Assembly (NCBI GenBank): GCA_043731705.1
Contig: JAYTIQ010000124.1
Span: forward strand, 1-40,806
Length of the DNA: 40,806 nt
Reading direction: 5' to 3'
Source: Rugosibacter sp.
Lineage (GTDB): Bacteria; Pseudomonadota; Gammaproteobacteria; Burkholderiales; Rhodocyclaceae
Shown piece after piece: positions 10,628 to 22,654 of this stretch; position 1 is the first letter of the stretch; each line of letters starts with the position of its first letter. Made by a program: the position numbers and the translations under genes. The notes under the pieces were generated by a model, which worked only from the letters and a program-made list of their open reading frames with translations, searched no databases and had not been told where the DNA came from.

Positions 10628-10694
10628 CAAATACCATGTGAAACAATCAGGTGTTTGGTTCCATCTATCGCAAGCCTTGATTCAGGAGCCTACC

Positions 10695-11852
10695 GTGCCT
10701 CATTTTCCGCCCGCCCTTCTCGCTTTGGCCGACGGAACAGTATTTAGGGGTAGATCTATTGGCACTAGCGGCAAAAGTGTTGGCGAAGTAGTGTTTAACA
10801 CAGCGCTCACTGGCTATCAAGAAATTCTGACTGATCCCTCTTATACGCATCAAATTGTGACGCTGACTTATCCGCACATCGGAAGTTACGGTGTAAATCA
10901 TGAAGATGGTGAATCAGGTCAGATTTATGCGGCTGGCCTGGTGATTCGTGATTTGCCTTTGTTGGCCTCAAATTTCCGTAGTGAACAAACTTTAGATGCC
11001 TATTTACGTGCTGAAAATATCGTCGGAATTGCCGATATCGATACTCGAAAGCTTACGCGCTTGTTGCGCGAAAAAGGCGCTCAGGCAGGTTTTTTGATAG
11101 CGGGTGAAGTATTAAATGAGGAGGACGCGATTCAGCAAGCCCGTGCTTTTTCTGGTCTTGCTGGTATGGATCTGGCAAAAGTGGTGACGACGGCAACGCC
11201 TTACCCTTGGAGTGAGGGTGCATGGTCGTTAGGAAATGGGTTTACGCCTCAAGCTACGCCTCTGTTTCATGTGGTCGCTTATGATTTCGGTATTAAGCGG
11301 AACATCTTGCGCATGCTGGCTGCACGTGGTTGTCAGCTTACCGTTGTGCCAGCGCAGACTTCTGCTGCTGAGGTGTTGGCGATGAATCCGGATGGTGTAT
11401 TTTTATCCAATGGCCCGGGTGATCCCGAGCCCTGTGATTATGCGGTTACCGCGATTCGTGAATTTCTTGACCGGCGCTTGCCGACTTTCGGCATCTGTTT
11501 GGGGCATCAACTGATGGCGCTGGCCGCTGGGGCTAAAACGCAAAAAATGAAGTTTGGTCATCATGGCGCCAACCATCCGGTTAAAGACCTTGAGTCGGGG
11601 AAGGTGCTCATTACCAGTCAAAATCACGGGTTCATGGTGGATATAGCCACTTTACCGGCAGAAGTTACTGTGACGCACGTCTCATTATTTGATGGCAGTC
11701 TGCAAGGCATGAAGTGGACTGATCGGCCTGCCTTTTGTTTTCAGGGGCATCCAGAAGCCAGCCCCGGGCCACACGATGTGGGGTATCTCTTTGATCGTTT
11801 CATTTCCTTGATGATTGAATATAACAAGACGCAAAAAACGCACTATGCCTAA
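10695..11852 (+). CDS. carA: Carbamoyl-phosphate synthase small subunit
   Basis: [39 protein letters not shown]; GTG at 10695 follows AGGAG and is preferred to the ORF-track TTG at 10602. Confidence 0.97.
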   Translation: MPHFPPALLALADGTVFRGRSIGTSGKSVGEVVFNTALTGYQEILTDPSYTHQIVTLTYPHIGSYGVNHEDGESGQIYAAGLVIRDLPLLASNFRSEQTLDAYLRAENIVGIADIDTRKLTRLLREKGAQAGFLIAGEVLNEEDAIQQARAFSGLAGMDLAKVVTTATPYPWSEGAWSLGNGFTPQATPLFHVVAYDFGIKRNILRMLAARGCQLTVVPAQTSAAEVLAMNPDGVFLSNGPGDPEPCDYAVTAIREFLDRRLPTFGICLGHQLMALAAGAKTQKMKFGHHGANHPVKDLESGKVLITSQNHGFMVDIATLPAEVTVTHVSLFDGSLQGMKWTDRPAFCFQGHPEASPGPHDVGYLFDRFISLMIEYNKTQKTHYA

Positions 11853-14800
11853 GCGCACCGACATTAAAAGTATTCTTATCATTGGCGCCGGTCCGATCAT
11901 CATTGGTCAGGCTTGCGAGTTTGACTATTCCGGCGCGCAGGCCTGCAAAGCGTTGCGTGAAGAGGGCTATCGCGTCATTCTGGTGAATTCCAACCCGGCT
12001 ACGATCATGACTGATCCGGGCATGGCGGATGTGACCTACATCGAGCCGATTACCTGGCGCGTGCTGGAAAACATTATCGAAAAAGAGCGCCCGGATGCGA
12101 TCTTGCCCACCATGGGCGGGCAAACGGCGCTGAATTGTGCGCTGGACCTGGCCAAGCATGGCGTGCTGGAAAAGTTTGGCGTCGAGATGATCGGCGCCTC
12201 GCGCGAGGCGATTGATAAGGCGGAAGACCGCGAAAAGTTCAAGCGCGCGATGACCAAGATTGGCTTGGGCTCGGCGCGTTCCGGCATTGCGCACAGCATG
12301 GAAGAAGCGCAGCAAGTGCAGGGCGCGATGGGCTTTCCGACCATTATTCGGCCATCCTTCACCATGGGCGGCTCGGGCGGCGGCATTGCCTACAATCAAG
12401 AAGAGTTCGTTGAAATCTGCAAGCGCGGCCTGGAGGCTTCGCCCACCAAAGAGCTGCTGATTGAAGAATCGCTCTTGGGCTGGAAAGAATATGAGATGGA
12501 AGTGGTGCGGGACTGCAAGGACAATTGCATCATTATTTGTTCCATTGAAAACCTGGATCCGATGGGCGTGCATACGGGCGACTCGATCACCGTGGCGCCT
12601 GCGCAAACGCTGACCGATCGCGAATATCAGATCATGCGCAATGCGAGCATTGCCGTGCTGCGTGAGATTGGCGTGGATACGGGTGGCTCGAACGTGCAGT
12701 TTGCGGTGAATCCGAAAAACGGCCAGATGGTGGTGATCGAGATGAACCCGCGCGTGTCGCGTTCGTCAGCCCTGGCGTCAAAAGCCACGGGTTTCCCGAT
12801 TGCCAAGATCGCTGCCAAGCTGGCTGTGGGTTACACGCTGGATGAACTGAAAAACGACATCACGGGCGGCGCAACGCCGGCTTCATTTGAGCCTTCGATT
12901 GATTACGTGGTCACCAAGATCCCGCGCTTTGCGTTTGAAAAATTTCCCCAGGCCAATGACCGGCTGACCACGCAGATGAAATCCGTGGGCGAAGTCATGG
13001 CTATTGGCCGCACTTTCCAGGAGTCCATGCAAAAAGCCTTGCGCGGGCTGGAGGTCGGCGTGTATGGGTTTGACGAAGTGGCCGCGACTAAAGAAGAAAT
13101 CAACCACGAGCTGGCCAACCCCGGCCCGCAGCGGATTTGGTATGTCGCCCAGGCGTTCCGCGAAGGCTATACGCAAGATGAAGTTTTTGCGTTAAGCAAA
13201 ATCGACCCCTGGTTCCTTGCGCAGATTGAAGACATCGTTAAAACCGAATCCTGGTTAAGTTCGCAGAACCTGGCCGATCTGGATGCAGCCACGTTGCGCC
13301 GCTTGAAGCGGCAAGGTTTTTCAGACCGGCGCATTGGCTTAAAAGTCGGCGCTGGCGAGACGGCGGTGCGTGAGCGCCGCCACGCCATGGGCATCCGTCC
13401 GGTGTATAAGCGCGTGGATACGTGCGCGGCGGAGTTCTCCACGGCGACGGCCTACATGTATTCGACCTATGAAGAGGAATGCGAAGCGCAGCCCACATCA
13501 CGGCGCAAGATCATGGTGCTAGGCGGCGGGCCAAATCGAATTGGCCAAGGGATCGAGTTTGATTACTGCTGCGTGCATGCGGTGCTGGCCATGCGTGAAG
13601 ATGGATATGAGACCATCATGATCAATTGCAATCCGGAAACGGTATCGACAGACTATGACACCTCGGATCGGCTTTATTTCGAATCGCTGACGCTGGAAGA
13701 TATTCTGGAAATCGTGCACATCGAGCAGCCTGAAGGCGTCATTGTGCAGTTTGGCGGGCAGACGCCATTGAAGCGTGCACGTGAGCTGGAAGCCAACGGC
13801 GTGCCCATTATCGGTACCAGCCCGGACATGATTGATGCTGCTGAAGATCGCGAGCGTTTTCAACAATTGTTGCATGAACTGGGGTTGAAACAACCGCCGA
13901 ATCGCACGGCGCGCACGGAAGCCGATGCGTTGCGTCTGGCCGAGGAAATTGGCTATCCGCTGGTGGTTCGCCCATCGTATGTACTCGGCGGGCGGGCCAT
14001 GGAAATTGTGCACGAGCAAAAAGATCTTGAGCGCTACATGCGCGATGCGATCAAGGTGTCCAACGATTCGCCCGTGCTGCTTGATCGATTTCTGAATGAC
14101 GCGATCGAGGTAGATGTCGATGCCCTGTGTGATGGCAAGCAGGTCATTATTGGCGGCATCATGGAGCATATCGAACAAGCCGGTGTGCACTCAGGCGATT
14201 CGGCTTGCTCCTTGCCGCCTTTCTCTCTTTCGAAAAGTATTCAGGATGAGTTGCGGCGGCAAACCGAAGTAATGGCATTCGGGCTGAATGTCGTCGGCTT
14301 GATGAATGTGCAATTTGCTATTCAGGGGCAGGGCAAGGATGCGGTGGTGTATGTGCTGGAAGTGAACCCGCGTGCCTCGCGTACCGTGCCGTTTGTGTCC
14401 AAAGCCACCAGCCTGCCGCTGGCCAAAATCGCCGCGCGCTGCATGGCCGGGCGCAGCCTGGCGGATCAGGGCGTGACGAAAGAAATTATTCCGCCGTATT
14501 TCTCGGTCAAAGAAGCCGTTTTCCCCTTCATCAAGTTTCCCGGTGTGGATAGCATTTTGGGCCCGGAAATGAAATCCACCGGTGAAGTCATGGGCGTAGG
14601 CCGTACCTTTGGCGAGGCCTTTGTTAAATCCCAGTTGGCGGCAGGAACCCGTTTGCCCAAATCAGGTAGAGTGTTTATCAGCGTCAAGGCAGCAGATAAA
14701 ATCAAGGCTGTGGATGTCGCCGCGCAATTGCACGAGCTAGGTTTTATATTGACAGCGACCAAAGGTACCGCGGCCGTCATTGCTGCCGCTGGCTTACCCG

Positions 14801-15063
14801 TTGTCGTGATCAATAAAGTGACAGAAGGTCGGCCACATATTGTCGATATGATTAAAAATGGAGACATGACCTTGATTATCAATACTGTCGAAGAGAGCCG
14901 TGGCGCGATTTCTGATTCGCGCTCGATTCGCACATCTGCCCTGGGTGCCAAAGTGACTTTGTTCACTACAATTGAAGGTGGCTTGGCTGCGTGTGCCGGT
15001 ATGCGCCATGCGGGATTGGACACGTATTCTTTGCAACAGCTACACACTGAGCTTGCATCATGA
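11845..15063 (+). CDS. carB: Carbamoyl-phosphate synthase large subunit
   Basis: [30 protein letters not shown], two ATP-grasp repeats, C-terminal MGS-like domain. Confidence 0.98.
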   Translation: MPKRTDIKSILIIGAGPIIIGQACEFDYSGAQACKALREEGYRVILVNSNPATIMTDPGMADVTYIEPITWRVLENIIEKERPDAILPTMGGQTALNCALDLAKHGVLEKFGVEMIGASREAIDKAEDREKFKRAMTKIGLGSARSGIAHSMEEAQQVQGAMGFPTIIRPSFTMGGSGGGIAYNQEEFVEICKRGLEASPTKELLIEESLLGWKEYEMEVVRDCKDNCIIICSIENLDPMGVHTGDSITVAPAQTLTDREYQIMRNASIAVLREIGVDTGGSNVQFAVNPKNGQMVVIEMNPRVSRSSALASKATGFPIAKIAAKLAVGYTLDELKNDITGGATPASFEPSIDYVVTKIPRFAFEKFPQANDRLTTQMKSVGEVMAIGRTFQESMQKALRGLEVGVYGFDEVAATKEEINHELANPGPQRIWYVAQAFREGYTQDEVFALSKIDPWFLAQIEDIVKTESWLSSQNLADLDAATLRRLKRQGFSDRRIGLKVGAGETAVRERRHAMGIRPVYKRVDTCAAEFSTATAYMYSTYEEECEAQPTSRRKIMVLGGGPNRIGQGIEFDYCCVHAVLAMREDGYETIMINCNPETVSTDYDTSDRLYFESLTLEDILEIVHIEQPEGVIVQFGGQTPLKRARELEANGVPIIGTSPDMIDAAEDRERFQQLLHELGLKQPPNRTARTEADALRLAEEIGYPLVVRPSYVLGGRAMEIVHEQKDLERYMRDAIKVSNDSPVLLDRFLNDAIEVDVDALCDGKQVIIGGIMEHIEQAGVHSGDSACSLPPFSLSKSIQDELRRQTEVMAFGLNVVGLMNVQFAIQGQGKDAVVYVLEVNPRASRTVPFVSKATSLPLAKIAARCMAGRSLADQGVTKEIIPPYFSVKEAVFPFIKFPGVDSILGPEMKSTGEVMGVGRTFGEAFVKSQLAAGTRLPKSGRVFISVKAADKIKAVDVAAQLHELGFILTATKGTAAVIAAAGLPVVVINKVTEGRPHIVDMIKNGDMTLIINTVEESRGAISDSRSIRTSALGAKVTLFTTIEGGLAACAGMRHAGLDTYSLQQLHTELAS

Positions 15064-15539
15064 GCGGCAAGTTTCCGATCACCCTTCACGGCGCCGAATT
15101 GTTACGGATGGAGTTACAGCGGTTGAAATCTGTTGACCGGCCGTGGGTTATCGCCGCGATTGCCGAGGCACGGTCGCATGGGGATTTATCTGAAAATGCC
15201 GAATATGACGCAGCCAAAGAGCGGCAAGGCTTTATTGAAGGACGCATTGCTGAAGTGGAAGGCAAACTGGGTAACGCACAGATTATTGATCCGGCCTCGC
15301 TGGACGCTGATGGTCGCGTAGTATTTGGTGCGACGGTTGAACTCGAAGACATCAATAGCGGGCAACCCGTGGTGTACCAAATTGTTGGCGATGATGAATC
15401 CGATATCAAATCAGGGAAAATCTCATTCAGTTCGCCAGTCGCCCGCGCACTTATCAGCAAGTTCAGCGGCGATACAGTTGAAGTTCAAACGCCAGGTGGC
15501 GTGCGTGAGTACGAAATTCTCGATGTCAAATACATTTGA
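15060..15539 (+). CDS. greA: Transcription elongation factor GreA
   Basis: [18 protein letters not shown]; SPVARAL; ATGA overlap with carB. Confidence 0.97.
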   Translation: MSGKFPITLHGAELLRMELQRLKSVDRPWVIAAIAEARSHGDLSENAEYDAAKERQGFIEGRIAEVEGKLGNAQIIDPASLDADGRVVFGATVELEDINSGQPVVYQIVGDDESDIKSGKISFSSPVARALISKFSGDTVEVQTPGGVREYEILDVKYI

Positions 15540-15605
15540 TGTTCTGTCTCGTGCAAATTCTGTAAATCAATCGCACTATTCTGGCTTGCCCTGTTTAATC
15601 TTCTG

Positions 15606-16079
15606 ATGCGCATTGCGACTGCACTATATACCCTTGTGATTGCCATCTGGCTAGGCAGCCAGATGGCAATTGGCTATATCGCCGCACCCGTTTTATTTTC
15701 GCAACTCGCTGACCGCACCTTGGCGGGAGAGCTGGCCGGTGCGATGTTTTCTGTCATGGCCTGGGTCAGCTTGGCTTGTGGTGCGTATCTTTTACTGTAC
15801 TTAATCGCGATAAAGCGCAGGGGTGTTTTCCGCTCGAGTGTGTTCTGGTTGGTTACACTCATGTTGGGCATTACAGCCATTAGCCACTTTGGCATTCAGC
15901 CGTTGATGGCACAGCTAAAACAGGATGCGCTACCCTTGCCGGTGACTGAAAGCGCTTTTCATGATCGCTTTGCTCTGTGGCATGGGGTGTCTAGCGGACT
16001 TTATCTGTTGCAGACCATTTTTGGCATCGCATTGGTTATTGTGCAAAATTACGCCAAGCCCGCTAGCGAAAAACTTTAG
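15606..16079 (+). CDS. DUF4149/TMEM205-like membrane protein
   Basis: Four hydrophobic segments; AAPVLF, AGELAGAMF, FALWHGVSS; position between greA and yhbY. Confidence 0.8.
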   Translation: MRIATALYTLVIAIWLGSQMAIGYIAAPVLFSQLADRTLAGELAGAMFSVMAWVSLACGAYLLLYLIAIKRRGVFRSSVFWLVTLMLGITAISHFGIQPLMAQLKQDALPLPVTESAFHDRFALWHGVSSGLYLLQTIFGIALVIVQNYAKPASEKL

Positions 16080-16084
16080 CTGTT

Positions 16085-16465
16085 TTAGCTTTTGCGTCTT
16101 TTACTTAAGTCATTACGCGCTGCTTCTTGTTTTTTTGTGCCTATTTTTCTTGGTCGCCGTGTTACCAGCGCCGACTTTTCTACGTTGTCATCTACTGGGT
16201 TTTCACGCCACAGCACGAGTAAATTACCAATGTGCTGCACCTGGGCACAGTCTAGCGAGTGACAGATTTCATCGAAGAGTGCAGGGCGCGTATCGCGCTC
16301 TATGCCGTAAAGGCGTACTTTAATGAGTTCATGGGCCTTGAGGCAGCGATCAATTTCAGCCAAGACAGTCGGGACAAGCCCTTTTTGGCTGATCGATACA
16401 ACAGGATTCAAGTGGTGTGCGGTAGCGCGAAGTGCGCGCCGCTGGGTAGGATTTAATTCAGTCAT
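16085..16465 (-). CDS. yhbY: YhbY/CRM-domain RNA-binding protein
   Basis: LRATAHHLNPVV...HELIKVR...QHIGNLLVLWR with a basic tail. Confidence 0.93.
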   Translation of the reverse strand: MTELNPTQRRALRATAHHLNPVVSISQKGLVPTVLAEIDRCLKAHELIKVRLYGIERDTRPALFDEICHSLDCAQVQHIGNLLVLWRENPVDDNVEKSALVTRRPRKIGTKKQEAARNDLSKRRKS

Positions 16466-16479
16466 AGGCGAATTGTAAC

Positions 16480-17109
16480 GTGAGTGAGAAAATCAAACGC
16501 AATAAAAAGAACAAAGCTTGGATGATGGAGCATGTCACGGATACTTACGTGCAGCGTGCAAGGTCTGAAGGATGGCGTTCGCGCGCAGCATTCAAGCTGA
16601 TTGAGATTGACGACAACGACAAGCTGTTGCGGCCTGGGATGACGGTGGTGGATCTTGGCTCGGCACCGGGGAGCTGGTCACAAGTCGCTTCCAAACGGAT
16701 ATTGCCTGGCGGGCGACTCATTGCGCTGGATATTTTGCCGATGGACAGTTTGAATGGCGTTGATTTTATTCAAGGCGATTTTCGTGAGGATGAGGTGTTG
16801 CACGCATTGGAAGAAAAACTGGCCGGTCGCAGGGTGGACCTTGTACTTTCAGATATGGCCCCCAATATGTCAGGTATTGAATTAGTGGATCAGACGCGTG
16901 TCATGCTGCTCGCCGAGTTAACATTGGATTTTTGTGAGAAAAATTTGAAACCCGGCGGCGTCATGCTGGTCAAAGTCTTTCAAGGTCTTGGTTTCATGGA
17001 GTTACGTACCGCTGTATTGAAAATGTTTAAAACCGTACAAGTCAGAAAGCCAGCCGCTTCGCGTGGTCGTAGCGCGGAGAATTTTTTGTTAGCGCAAGGT
17101 AAGCGCTAA
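16480..17109 (+). CDS. rlmE: 23S rRNA Um2552 2'-O-methyltransferase
   Basis: [38 protein letters not shown]. Confidence 0.96.
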   Translation: MSEKIKRNKKNKAWMMEHVTDTYVQRARSEGWRSRAAFKLIEIDDNDKLLRPGMTVVDLGSAPGSWSQVASKRILPGGRLIALDILPMDSLNGVDFIQGDFREDEVLHALEEKLAGRRVDLVLSDMAPNMSGIELVDQTRVMLLAELTLDFCEKNLKPGGVMLVKVFQGLGFMELRTAVLKMFKTVQVRKPAASRGRSAENFLLAQGKR

Positions 17110-17147
17110 TTGCTGTTTGCGAGTCGCCTGTGAGCTGTCCATATCGT

Positions 17148-17176
17148 TTGCAGATTGTTATCAGCGGCAATAGAAT
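17148..17176 (+). promoter_or_regulatory. Sigma70 promoter of ftsH
   Basis: TTGCAG-N17-TAGAAT. Confidence 0.6.
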
Positions 17177-17212
17177 GGGCCGACTACATAGCCCGTAGAA
17201 AGTAGAGTTATC

Positions 17213-19099
17213 GTGAATAATATGTTCAAAAATTTATTGATCTGGATCGTCGTTGGCATTGTGCTGATGACGGTGTTTAACCAGTTCAATTCGCACCAGG
17301 CAGCTCAGAATACGCTCGAATACTCGCAATTTCTTGATGAAGTCAAGCAAGGGCACATCACTAAAGTGGTGATACAGGGGCGTACGCTGGAGGCGACGAC
17401 GACTGATGGCAAAAAGCTCATTTCCTATGCTCCACAAGATTTGTGGATGGTGTCTGACCTACTGAAAAACAACGTGGCTGTGGTTGCCAAGCCTGATGAA
17501 GAACAGTCTTTCCTGATGAGCATTCTGGTCTCGTGGTTCCCGATGCTGTTGCTGATTGGTGTGTGGATCTATTTCATGCGCCAGATGCAAGGCGGTGGCA
17601 AAGGCGGTGCGTTATCTTTTGGCAAAAGCAAAGCCCGTTTGATGGATGAATCCGCCAACGTGATTACGTTTGCCGATGTGGCAGGCTGTGATGAGGCGAA
17701 AGAGGAAGTCTCTGAACTTGTCGATTTTTTGCGCGACCCGACAAAATTCCAAAAGCTTGGTGGGCGAATCCCGCGTGGCGTGTTGCTGGTAGGCAGCCCG
17801 GGCACCGGCAAGACGCTGTTGGCCAAAGCGATTTCTGGAGAAGCCAAAGTGCCGTTCTTTTCGATTTCCGGTTCGGATTTCGTGGAAATGTTTGTTGGTG
17901 TGGGTGCATCGCGTGTGCGCGATATGTTCGAGCAGGCCAAGAAGACTGCACCCTGCATTATTTTTATCGATGAAATTGATGCCGTAGGGCGCCAGCGTGG
18001 TGCAGGCTTGGGCGGCGGCAATGACGAACGTGAACAAACACTGAATCAACTGCTGGTCGAGATGGATGGCTTTGAAGGCTCAGCCGGAGTTATCGTGATT
18101 GCAGCAACCAACCGACCAGATGTGCTGGATCCTGCGCTGCTGCGCCCGGGCCGTTTTGATCGGCAGGTGGTGGTGCCGTTGCCGGATATTCGCGGTCGTG
18201 AGCAAATTATCAAGGTGCATATGCGTAAAGTGCCGGCAGCACCCGATGTGGATGCTTCTGTGCTGGCGCGTGGCTGCCCTGGATTTTCGGGCGCTGATTT
18301 GGCGAATCTCGTCAATGAAGCTGCGCTGTTTGCAGCCCGTGGCAACAAGCGCTTTGTAGATATGGAAGATTTTGAGCGCGCTAAAGACAAGATCATGATG
18401 GGTTCTGAACGTCGTTCCATGATCATGCAGGAAGAGGAACGCCGAAACACGGCTTACCATGAGTCCGGCCATGCGGTGGTGGCCATGCTGTTGCCTAAAA
18501 CAGATCCCGTGCATAAAGTCAGCATCATGCCGCGTGGACGCGCTTTAGGGATCACCATGCAGCTGCCGGAAGAAGATCGCTTTAGCCAGGATAAAGAGCG
18601 TTTGCTGTGTACAGTGACTGTGTTGTTTGGCGGTCGTATTGCTGAAGAACTGTTCATGCATCAAATAACCACGGGTGCTTCCAATGACTTTCAGCGGGCC
18701 ACGGATTTGGCCCGACGGATGGTGACGCAATGGGGCATGTCCGATGTTCTTGGCCCGATGGTTTATGGCGAAGAAGAAGGCGAAGTGTTCCTGGGACGGT
18801 CAGTCACGACGCACAAAAATATGTCTGAAGCTACCATGCAGACGGTGGATAAGGAAATTCGTCGCATTCTGGATGAACAATACGCTTTGGCCCGCCGCTT
18901 GCTGGATGAAAACCGCGACAAGGTTGAGGCTATGACTGCTGCCTTATTGGAATGGGAAACCATCGATGCTGAGCAAGTCAAAGACATCATGGCAGGCAAA
19001 CCCCCGCGTGCGCCCAAGCTGCCTAGCGCTCCGCCTGCGCCCAAAGTAGATGACGGAGGCGCTGCAGATGGTGCCTCGACAGCGACAGCACCGGCCTGA
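17213..19099 (+). CDS. ftsH: ATP-dependent zinc metalloprotease FtsH
   Basis: Two TM segments, [30 protein letters not shown]. Confidence 0.98.
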   Translation: MNNMFKNLLIWIVVGIVLMTVFNQFNSHQAAQNTLEYSQFLDEVKQGHITKVVIQGRTLEATTTDGKKLISYAPQDLWMVSDLLKNNVAVVAKPDEEQSFLMSILVSWFPMLLLIGVWIYFMRQMQGGGKGGALSFGKSKARLMDESANVITFADVAGCDEAKEEVSELVDFLRDPTKFQKLGGRIPRGVLLVGSPGTGKTLLAKAISGEAKVPFFSISGSDFVEMFVGVGASRVRDMFEQAKKTAPCIIFIDEIDAVGRQRGAGLGGGNDEREQTLNQLLVEMDGFEGSAGVIVIAATNRPDVLDPALLRPGRFDRQVVVPLPDIRGREQIIKVHMRKVPAAPDVDASVLARGCPGFSGADLANLVNEAALFAARGNKRFVDMEDFERAKDKIMMGSERRSMIMQEEERRNTAYHESGHAVVAMLLPKTDPVHKVSIMPRGRALGITMQLPEEDRFSQDKERLLCTVTVLFGGRIAEELFMHQITTGASNDFQRATDLARRMVTQWGMSDVLGPMVYGEEEGEVFLGRSVTTHKNMSEATMQTVDKEIRRILDEQYALARRLLDENRDKVEAMTAALLEWETIDAEQVKDIMAGKPPRAPKLPSAPPAPKVDDGGAADGASTATAPA

Positions 19100-19129
19100 T
19101 TTTTAGACGTTAGCCATCTTGCTTCTTTT

Positions 19130-19167
19130 CCTCTTGCCGATTATGCACGCCATCGGTAGGAGGTTTT
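19130..19167 (+). terminator. Hairpin/terminator after ftsH
   Basis: CCTCTTGCCGAT-N10-ATCGGTAGGAGG-TTTT, 12-bp stem with 2 G-U pairs. Confidence 0.6.
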
Positions 19168-19216
19168 GTCAGGTAATTTCCACAGCGTATCTTTTCAAGG
19201 CTTGTTTCCTTAAAGC

Positions 19217-20065
19217 ATGTTCCCGATGAATATCGGCAGTCCGTTGCACTGCGGTCGATTTTTGCTGGATACGCAACGCCCGCGCATCATGGGGGTTGTT
19301 AACCTGACTGATGATTCATTTTCCGGCGATGGCTGGCAAGGTCGTGCGGATGCCGCCATTGCACATGGCTTGCAACTGGTGGCTGAGGGTGCGCATATTC
19401 TTGATCTGGGCGCGGAATCCTCTCGCCCTGGCGCGCAACCTGTATCCGTGCAGCAAGAAGTTGATCGACTATTGCCTGTGCTGCAGGGTTTGGCTGAGTG
19501 TGGCGTGCCGCTTTCAGTCGATACCATTAAACCCGATGTCATGCGTGTGGCGCTCGCCGCAGGCGCCGACATGATTAATGATATTTATGCCTTGCGTGCG
19601 CCTGGTGCGCTTGAAATGCTGGCAAAAAGCAATGCAGGCGTGTGCCTTATGCATATGCAAGGCGCACCGCAAAACATGCAGCAGAATCCTCAATACAACC
19701 ACGTGGTACACGATGTAGCTGATTTTCTCGCCGCTCGTGTCGCTGCGGCACAGCATGCGGGTATTGCGCTTGATCGTCTGTGCATTGATCCGGGGTTTGG
19801 CTTTGGTAAAACGCTAGCGCATAACTTGCAATTGCTGCGCCACCTGGAAATGTTCTCCACTATTGGGCTGCCGGTTTTGGTTGGCTTGTCGCGCAAATCA
19901 GTGCTAGGAGCTTTAACTGGCCGCACGCCGAGTGAACGTGTATCCGCTGGCATTGCTGCGCATATGTTGGCTATAGTACGAGGCGCCCGTATTTTACGAG
20001 TGCATGATGTGGCTGCGACACGAGATGCGGTGGCGGTATTTGAAGCGGTGGAGAATACACAATGA
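19217..20065 (+). CDS. folP: Dihydropteroate synthase
   Basis: [49 protein letters not shown]. Confidence 0.96.
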   Translation: MFPMNIGSPLHCGRFLLDTQRPRIMGVVNLTDDSFSGDGWQGRADAAIAHGLQLVAEGAHILDLGAESSRPGAQPVSVQQEVDRLLPVLQGLAECGVPLSVDTIKPDVMRVALAAGADMINDIYALRAPGALEMLAKSNAGVCLMHMQGAPQNMQQNPQYNHVVHDVADFLAARVAAAQHAGIALDRLCIDPGFGFGKTLAHNLQLLRHLEMFSTIGLPVLVGLSRKSVLGALTGRTPSERVSAGIAAHMLAIVRGARILRVHDVAATRDAVAVFEAVENTQ

Positions 20066-21414
20066 TTCGAAAGTATTTTGGTACGGATGGCGTGCGCGGG
20101 CGTGTAGGGGAAGCACCCATTACGCCAGATTTTGTCATGCGCTTAGGCTATGCTGCAGGGCTGGTTTTAGCGGCTGGCCAAGATCATGCCGTTGAACGCC
20201 CTGCAGTATTGATTGGCAAAGACACGCGCATTTCCGGCTACATGCTGGAAGCAGCCCTGGAAGCCGGTTTTACTGCGGCAGGCGTAGATGTGGTGCTTTG
20301 CGGGCCCATTCCAACACCGGCGGTGGCTTACCTCACACGCGCGTTGCGCCTGCAGGCGGGCGTGGTGCTCTCTGCTTCGCACAATCCGTATGCAGACAAT
20401 GGCATCAAGTTTTTTTCCGCGCAGGGTACCAAGTTGTCTGACGCCATCGAGCATGCCATTGAAGCTCAGCTTGACCAGCCGATGCAATGCATGACCTCAC
20501 AACGTCTGGGTAGGGCGCGCCGCGTGGATGATGCCGCAGGGCGCTATATCGAGTTTTGCAAGAGCACTTTTCCGAATGATCTGGATTTGCATGGCATGAA
20601 GATTGTGATCGATAGTGCGCATGGTGCCGCCTATCGTGTCGCCCCCAAAGTATTTCACGAACTCGGTGCTGAAATAGTCGGCGTTGGTGACACGCCGAAT
20701 GGATTCAACATCAATGATGGTGTTGGCGCAACGGCCCCGCAAGCCATGCGTGAAGCGGTTCTGGCGGCCAAAGCTGATTGCGGTATTGCGCTGGATGGTG
20801 ATGGCGATCGTCTGGTGATGGTAGATTCAGCCGGTGAAATCTACGATGGCGATCGTCTGCTGTATCTCATCGCGCGGCACAGTCTGCGTTCTGCACCCGT
20901 GAATGGTATTGGCGGAACATTGATGAGCAACCTGGGCTTTGAACATGCACTTCTTCGCCTCAATATCCCGCTGGGTCGTGCCAAGGTGGGCGATCGCTAT
21001 GTGCTGGAGATGATGCAAGAGCGGGGCTGGGTGCTGGGTGGAGAAAATTCGGGCCACATCATCTGTCTTGACAGGCACAGCACGGGCGATGGGATTGTCG
21101 CCGCATTGCAAGTGCTTGCGGCCTTGCGTGCAAGCAAAGAGTCTTTGAGCGATGCCTGTGCCGATCTCGTGCTCTATCCGCAAAAACTCATCAATATCCG
21201 TTTGTCCGCCGGTTTTGACTGGGCGCATGATGCCAGTATCCGCGCCGCAGTTAAGTCAGCCGAAGCCAGCCTGAGTGGTACTGGCCGCGTCTTGCTGCGA
21301 CCTTCGGGCACCGAGCCGCTACTGCGCGTGATGGTCGAGGGGCGCGATGACGCTGTGGTCACACAGCAGGCGGAGATGATTGCGGCTGCTGTGCGGAGTG
21401 CGATGGACAATTAG
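20062..21414 (+). CDS. glmM: Phosphoglucosamine mutase
   Basis: [37 protein letters not shown]. Confidence 0.97.
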   Translation: MIRKYFGTDGVRGRVGEAPITPDFVMRLGYAAGLVLAAGQDHAVERPAVLIGKDTRISGYMLEAALEAGFTAAGVDVVLCGPIPTPAVAYLTRALRLQAGVVLSASHNPYADNGIKFFSAQGTKLSDAIEHAIEAQLDQPMQCMTSQRLGRARRVDDAAGRYIEFCKSTFPNDLDLHGMKIVIDSAHGAAYRVAPKVFHELGAEIVGVGDTPNGFNINDGVGATAPQAMREAVLAAKADCGIALDGDGDRLVMVDSAGEIYDGDRLLYLIARHSLRSAPVNGIGGTLMSNLGFEHALLRLNIPLGRAKVGDRYVLEMMQERGWVLGGENSGHIICLDRHSTGDGIVAALQVLAALRASKESLSDACADLVLYPQKLINIRLSAGFDWAHDASIRAAVKSAEASLSGTGRVLLRPSGTEPLLRVMVEGRDDAVVTQQAEMIAAAVRSAMDN

Positions 21415-21659
21415 ATTAAGCATCCAGAATCCGGCATTGAAAAAATTACCGAACGCATGGCGTTTGCTTGCAGAATTTGGAATGGCATGGTGAGTTGATT
21501 CTGGCCATTGGCTGGAATCGACCAAGGCTAACCTTCGACGTGCCCATTCAACTGTGCACGCAGACGCTACAGCAAAAACACAACGAAACCTGAAGCGGAA
21601 CTACTAACAGCGTCTGATCAGTTTTGGCATGACCATCAAATCCAGTACATCTTGTCACG

Positions 21660-21866
21660 CTATTCCAGGGTAAAGCCTACTTTTACCGTCACTTGCCAAT
21701 AAGTGACCTTGCCGTTCTCCACATATCCGCGAGTTTCCACCACCTCGAACCAGTGAATGTTGCGCACACTTTCTGCTGCTTTGGCGATAGCCAGATTGAC
21801 GGCATCCTCAATACTTGTCTTGGATGTGCCGGTGAGTTCGATCTTCTTGTATACATGGTCATTCAT
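21660..21866 (-). CDS. Dodecin (flavin-binding)
   Basis: [12 protein letters not shown]...[11 protein letters not shown]...[12 protein letters not shown]; AAGGAG RBS. Confidence 0.93.
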   Translation of the reverse strand: MNDHVYKKIELTGTSKTSIEDAVNLAIAKAAESVRNIHWFEVVETRGYVENGKVTYWQVTVKVGFTLE

Positions 21867-21937
21867 GTTGTTCTCCTTGTCATGTAACAGAGTAAATCTA
21901 CTAATGATTCAAGTGTAGTACTAGAATGAAAACCTTG

Positions 21938-21961
21938 CTGTTTCTTGCACTGTTTCTTGCA
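21938..21961. repeat. Perfect 12-bp tandem direct repeat
   Basis: CTGTTTCTTGCA x2 in the divergent dodecin/DUF2127 intergenic region. Confidence 0.9.
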
Positions 21962-22070
21962 TGCACTATCTTTTGTCATAGGTGCAGAAAAACATAAAGG
22001 ATTACTTTTATTAAAGCAGGCAGCGTGGATCAAGAAAGCCGTGAGTGTCTGCTGTGACTCCAAAGTACCG

Positions 22071-22595
22071 ATGAACAATGCATACCCACCCAGGGTTATT
22101 GATACAACACTTCCCATGGTACAGCGGCGTACTTTGCGTGCAATTGCAATCTATGAGGCCATCAAGGGGATCGCCGCGCTAGCTGTTGTTATCGGCGTAA
22201 TTGATTTGATGCATCATGATGTTCGACGCATTGCAATCACATTGATCGGGCACTTTGGCTTAAACCCCGGGGCGCACTATCCTTCTGTTCTATTGCACTA
22301 TGCTGATCTTCTTCCTGGCGCCAATGTCCGCTTGCTGGTGTTCATTGCCATTGGCTATATTGCGTTGCGGATGGTCGAGGCTTATGGTCTATGGAGCGAA
22401 CGAGTATGGGGTGAGTGGGTCGCTGCGCTATCGGGTACGTTCTACATACCTGTTGAAATCGGGCATCTTGTCCAGCGACCTTCAGTAATTAACGGAGTTG
22501 TTCTCGCGACGAATACTTTGCTTGTGGGTTATCTGGCGTATCAACTTTGGCAGAGATACCGGGTGATGGTGGAGGATATTGCTGTTAATGAGTGA
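22071..22595 (+). CDS. DUF2127-like membrane protein (start uncertain)
   Basis: LRAIAIYEAIKG...VEAYGLW...WGEW...YIPVEI pattern; 4 TM segments. Confidence 0.82.
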   Translation: MNNAYPPRVIDTTLPMVQRRTLRAIAIYEAIKGIAALAVVIGVIDLMHHDVRRIAITLIGHFGLNPGAHYPSVLLHYADLLPGANVRLLVFIAIGYIALRMVEAYGLWSERVWGEWVAALSGTFYIPVEIGHLVQRPSVINGVVLATNTLLVGYLAYQLWQRYRVMVEDIAVNE

Positions 22596-22654
22596 AAATC
22601 CTCGATTTGAATGATTTTAGATTTCTTTACTTTACCTTTCAGGAGTCTCAAAAA

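Noticed and set aside
10372-10694. Integrated element at tRNA-Leu(CAA) or tRNA-Leu(GAG)
   Set aside because: No integrase and no duplicated tRNA 3' end seen; core genes follow directly
10602-10694. N-terminal extensions of carA (also carB, secG, nuoD, nuoF, DUF2127) in the ORF track
   Set aside because: Longest-ORF artefacts; downstream starts match family N-termini or RBSs, and the carA extension overlaps its own promoter
11800-15089. Long minus-strand ORFs opposite carB (268, 223 and 207 aa)
   Set aside because: Antisense ORFs expected from biased codon usage in a conserved gene
15946-15960. TGAAAGCGCTTTTC palindrome-like site
   Set aside because: Inside a coding region, imperfect, likely chance
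21877-21888. TTGTCATGTAAC as a Pho box near dodecin
   Set aside because: Half-sites are not 11 bp apart
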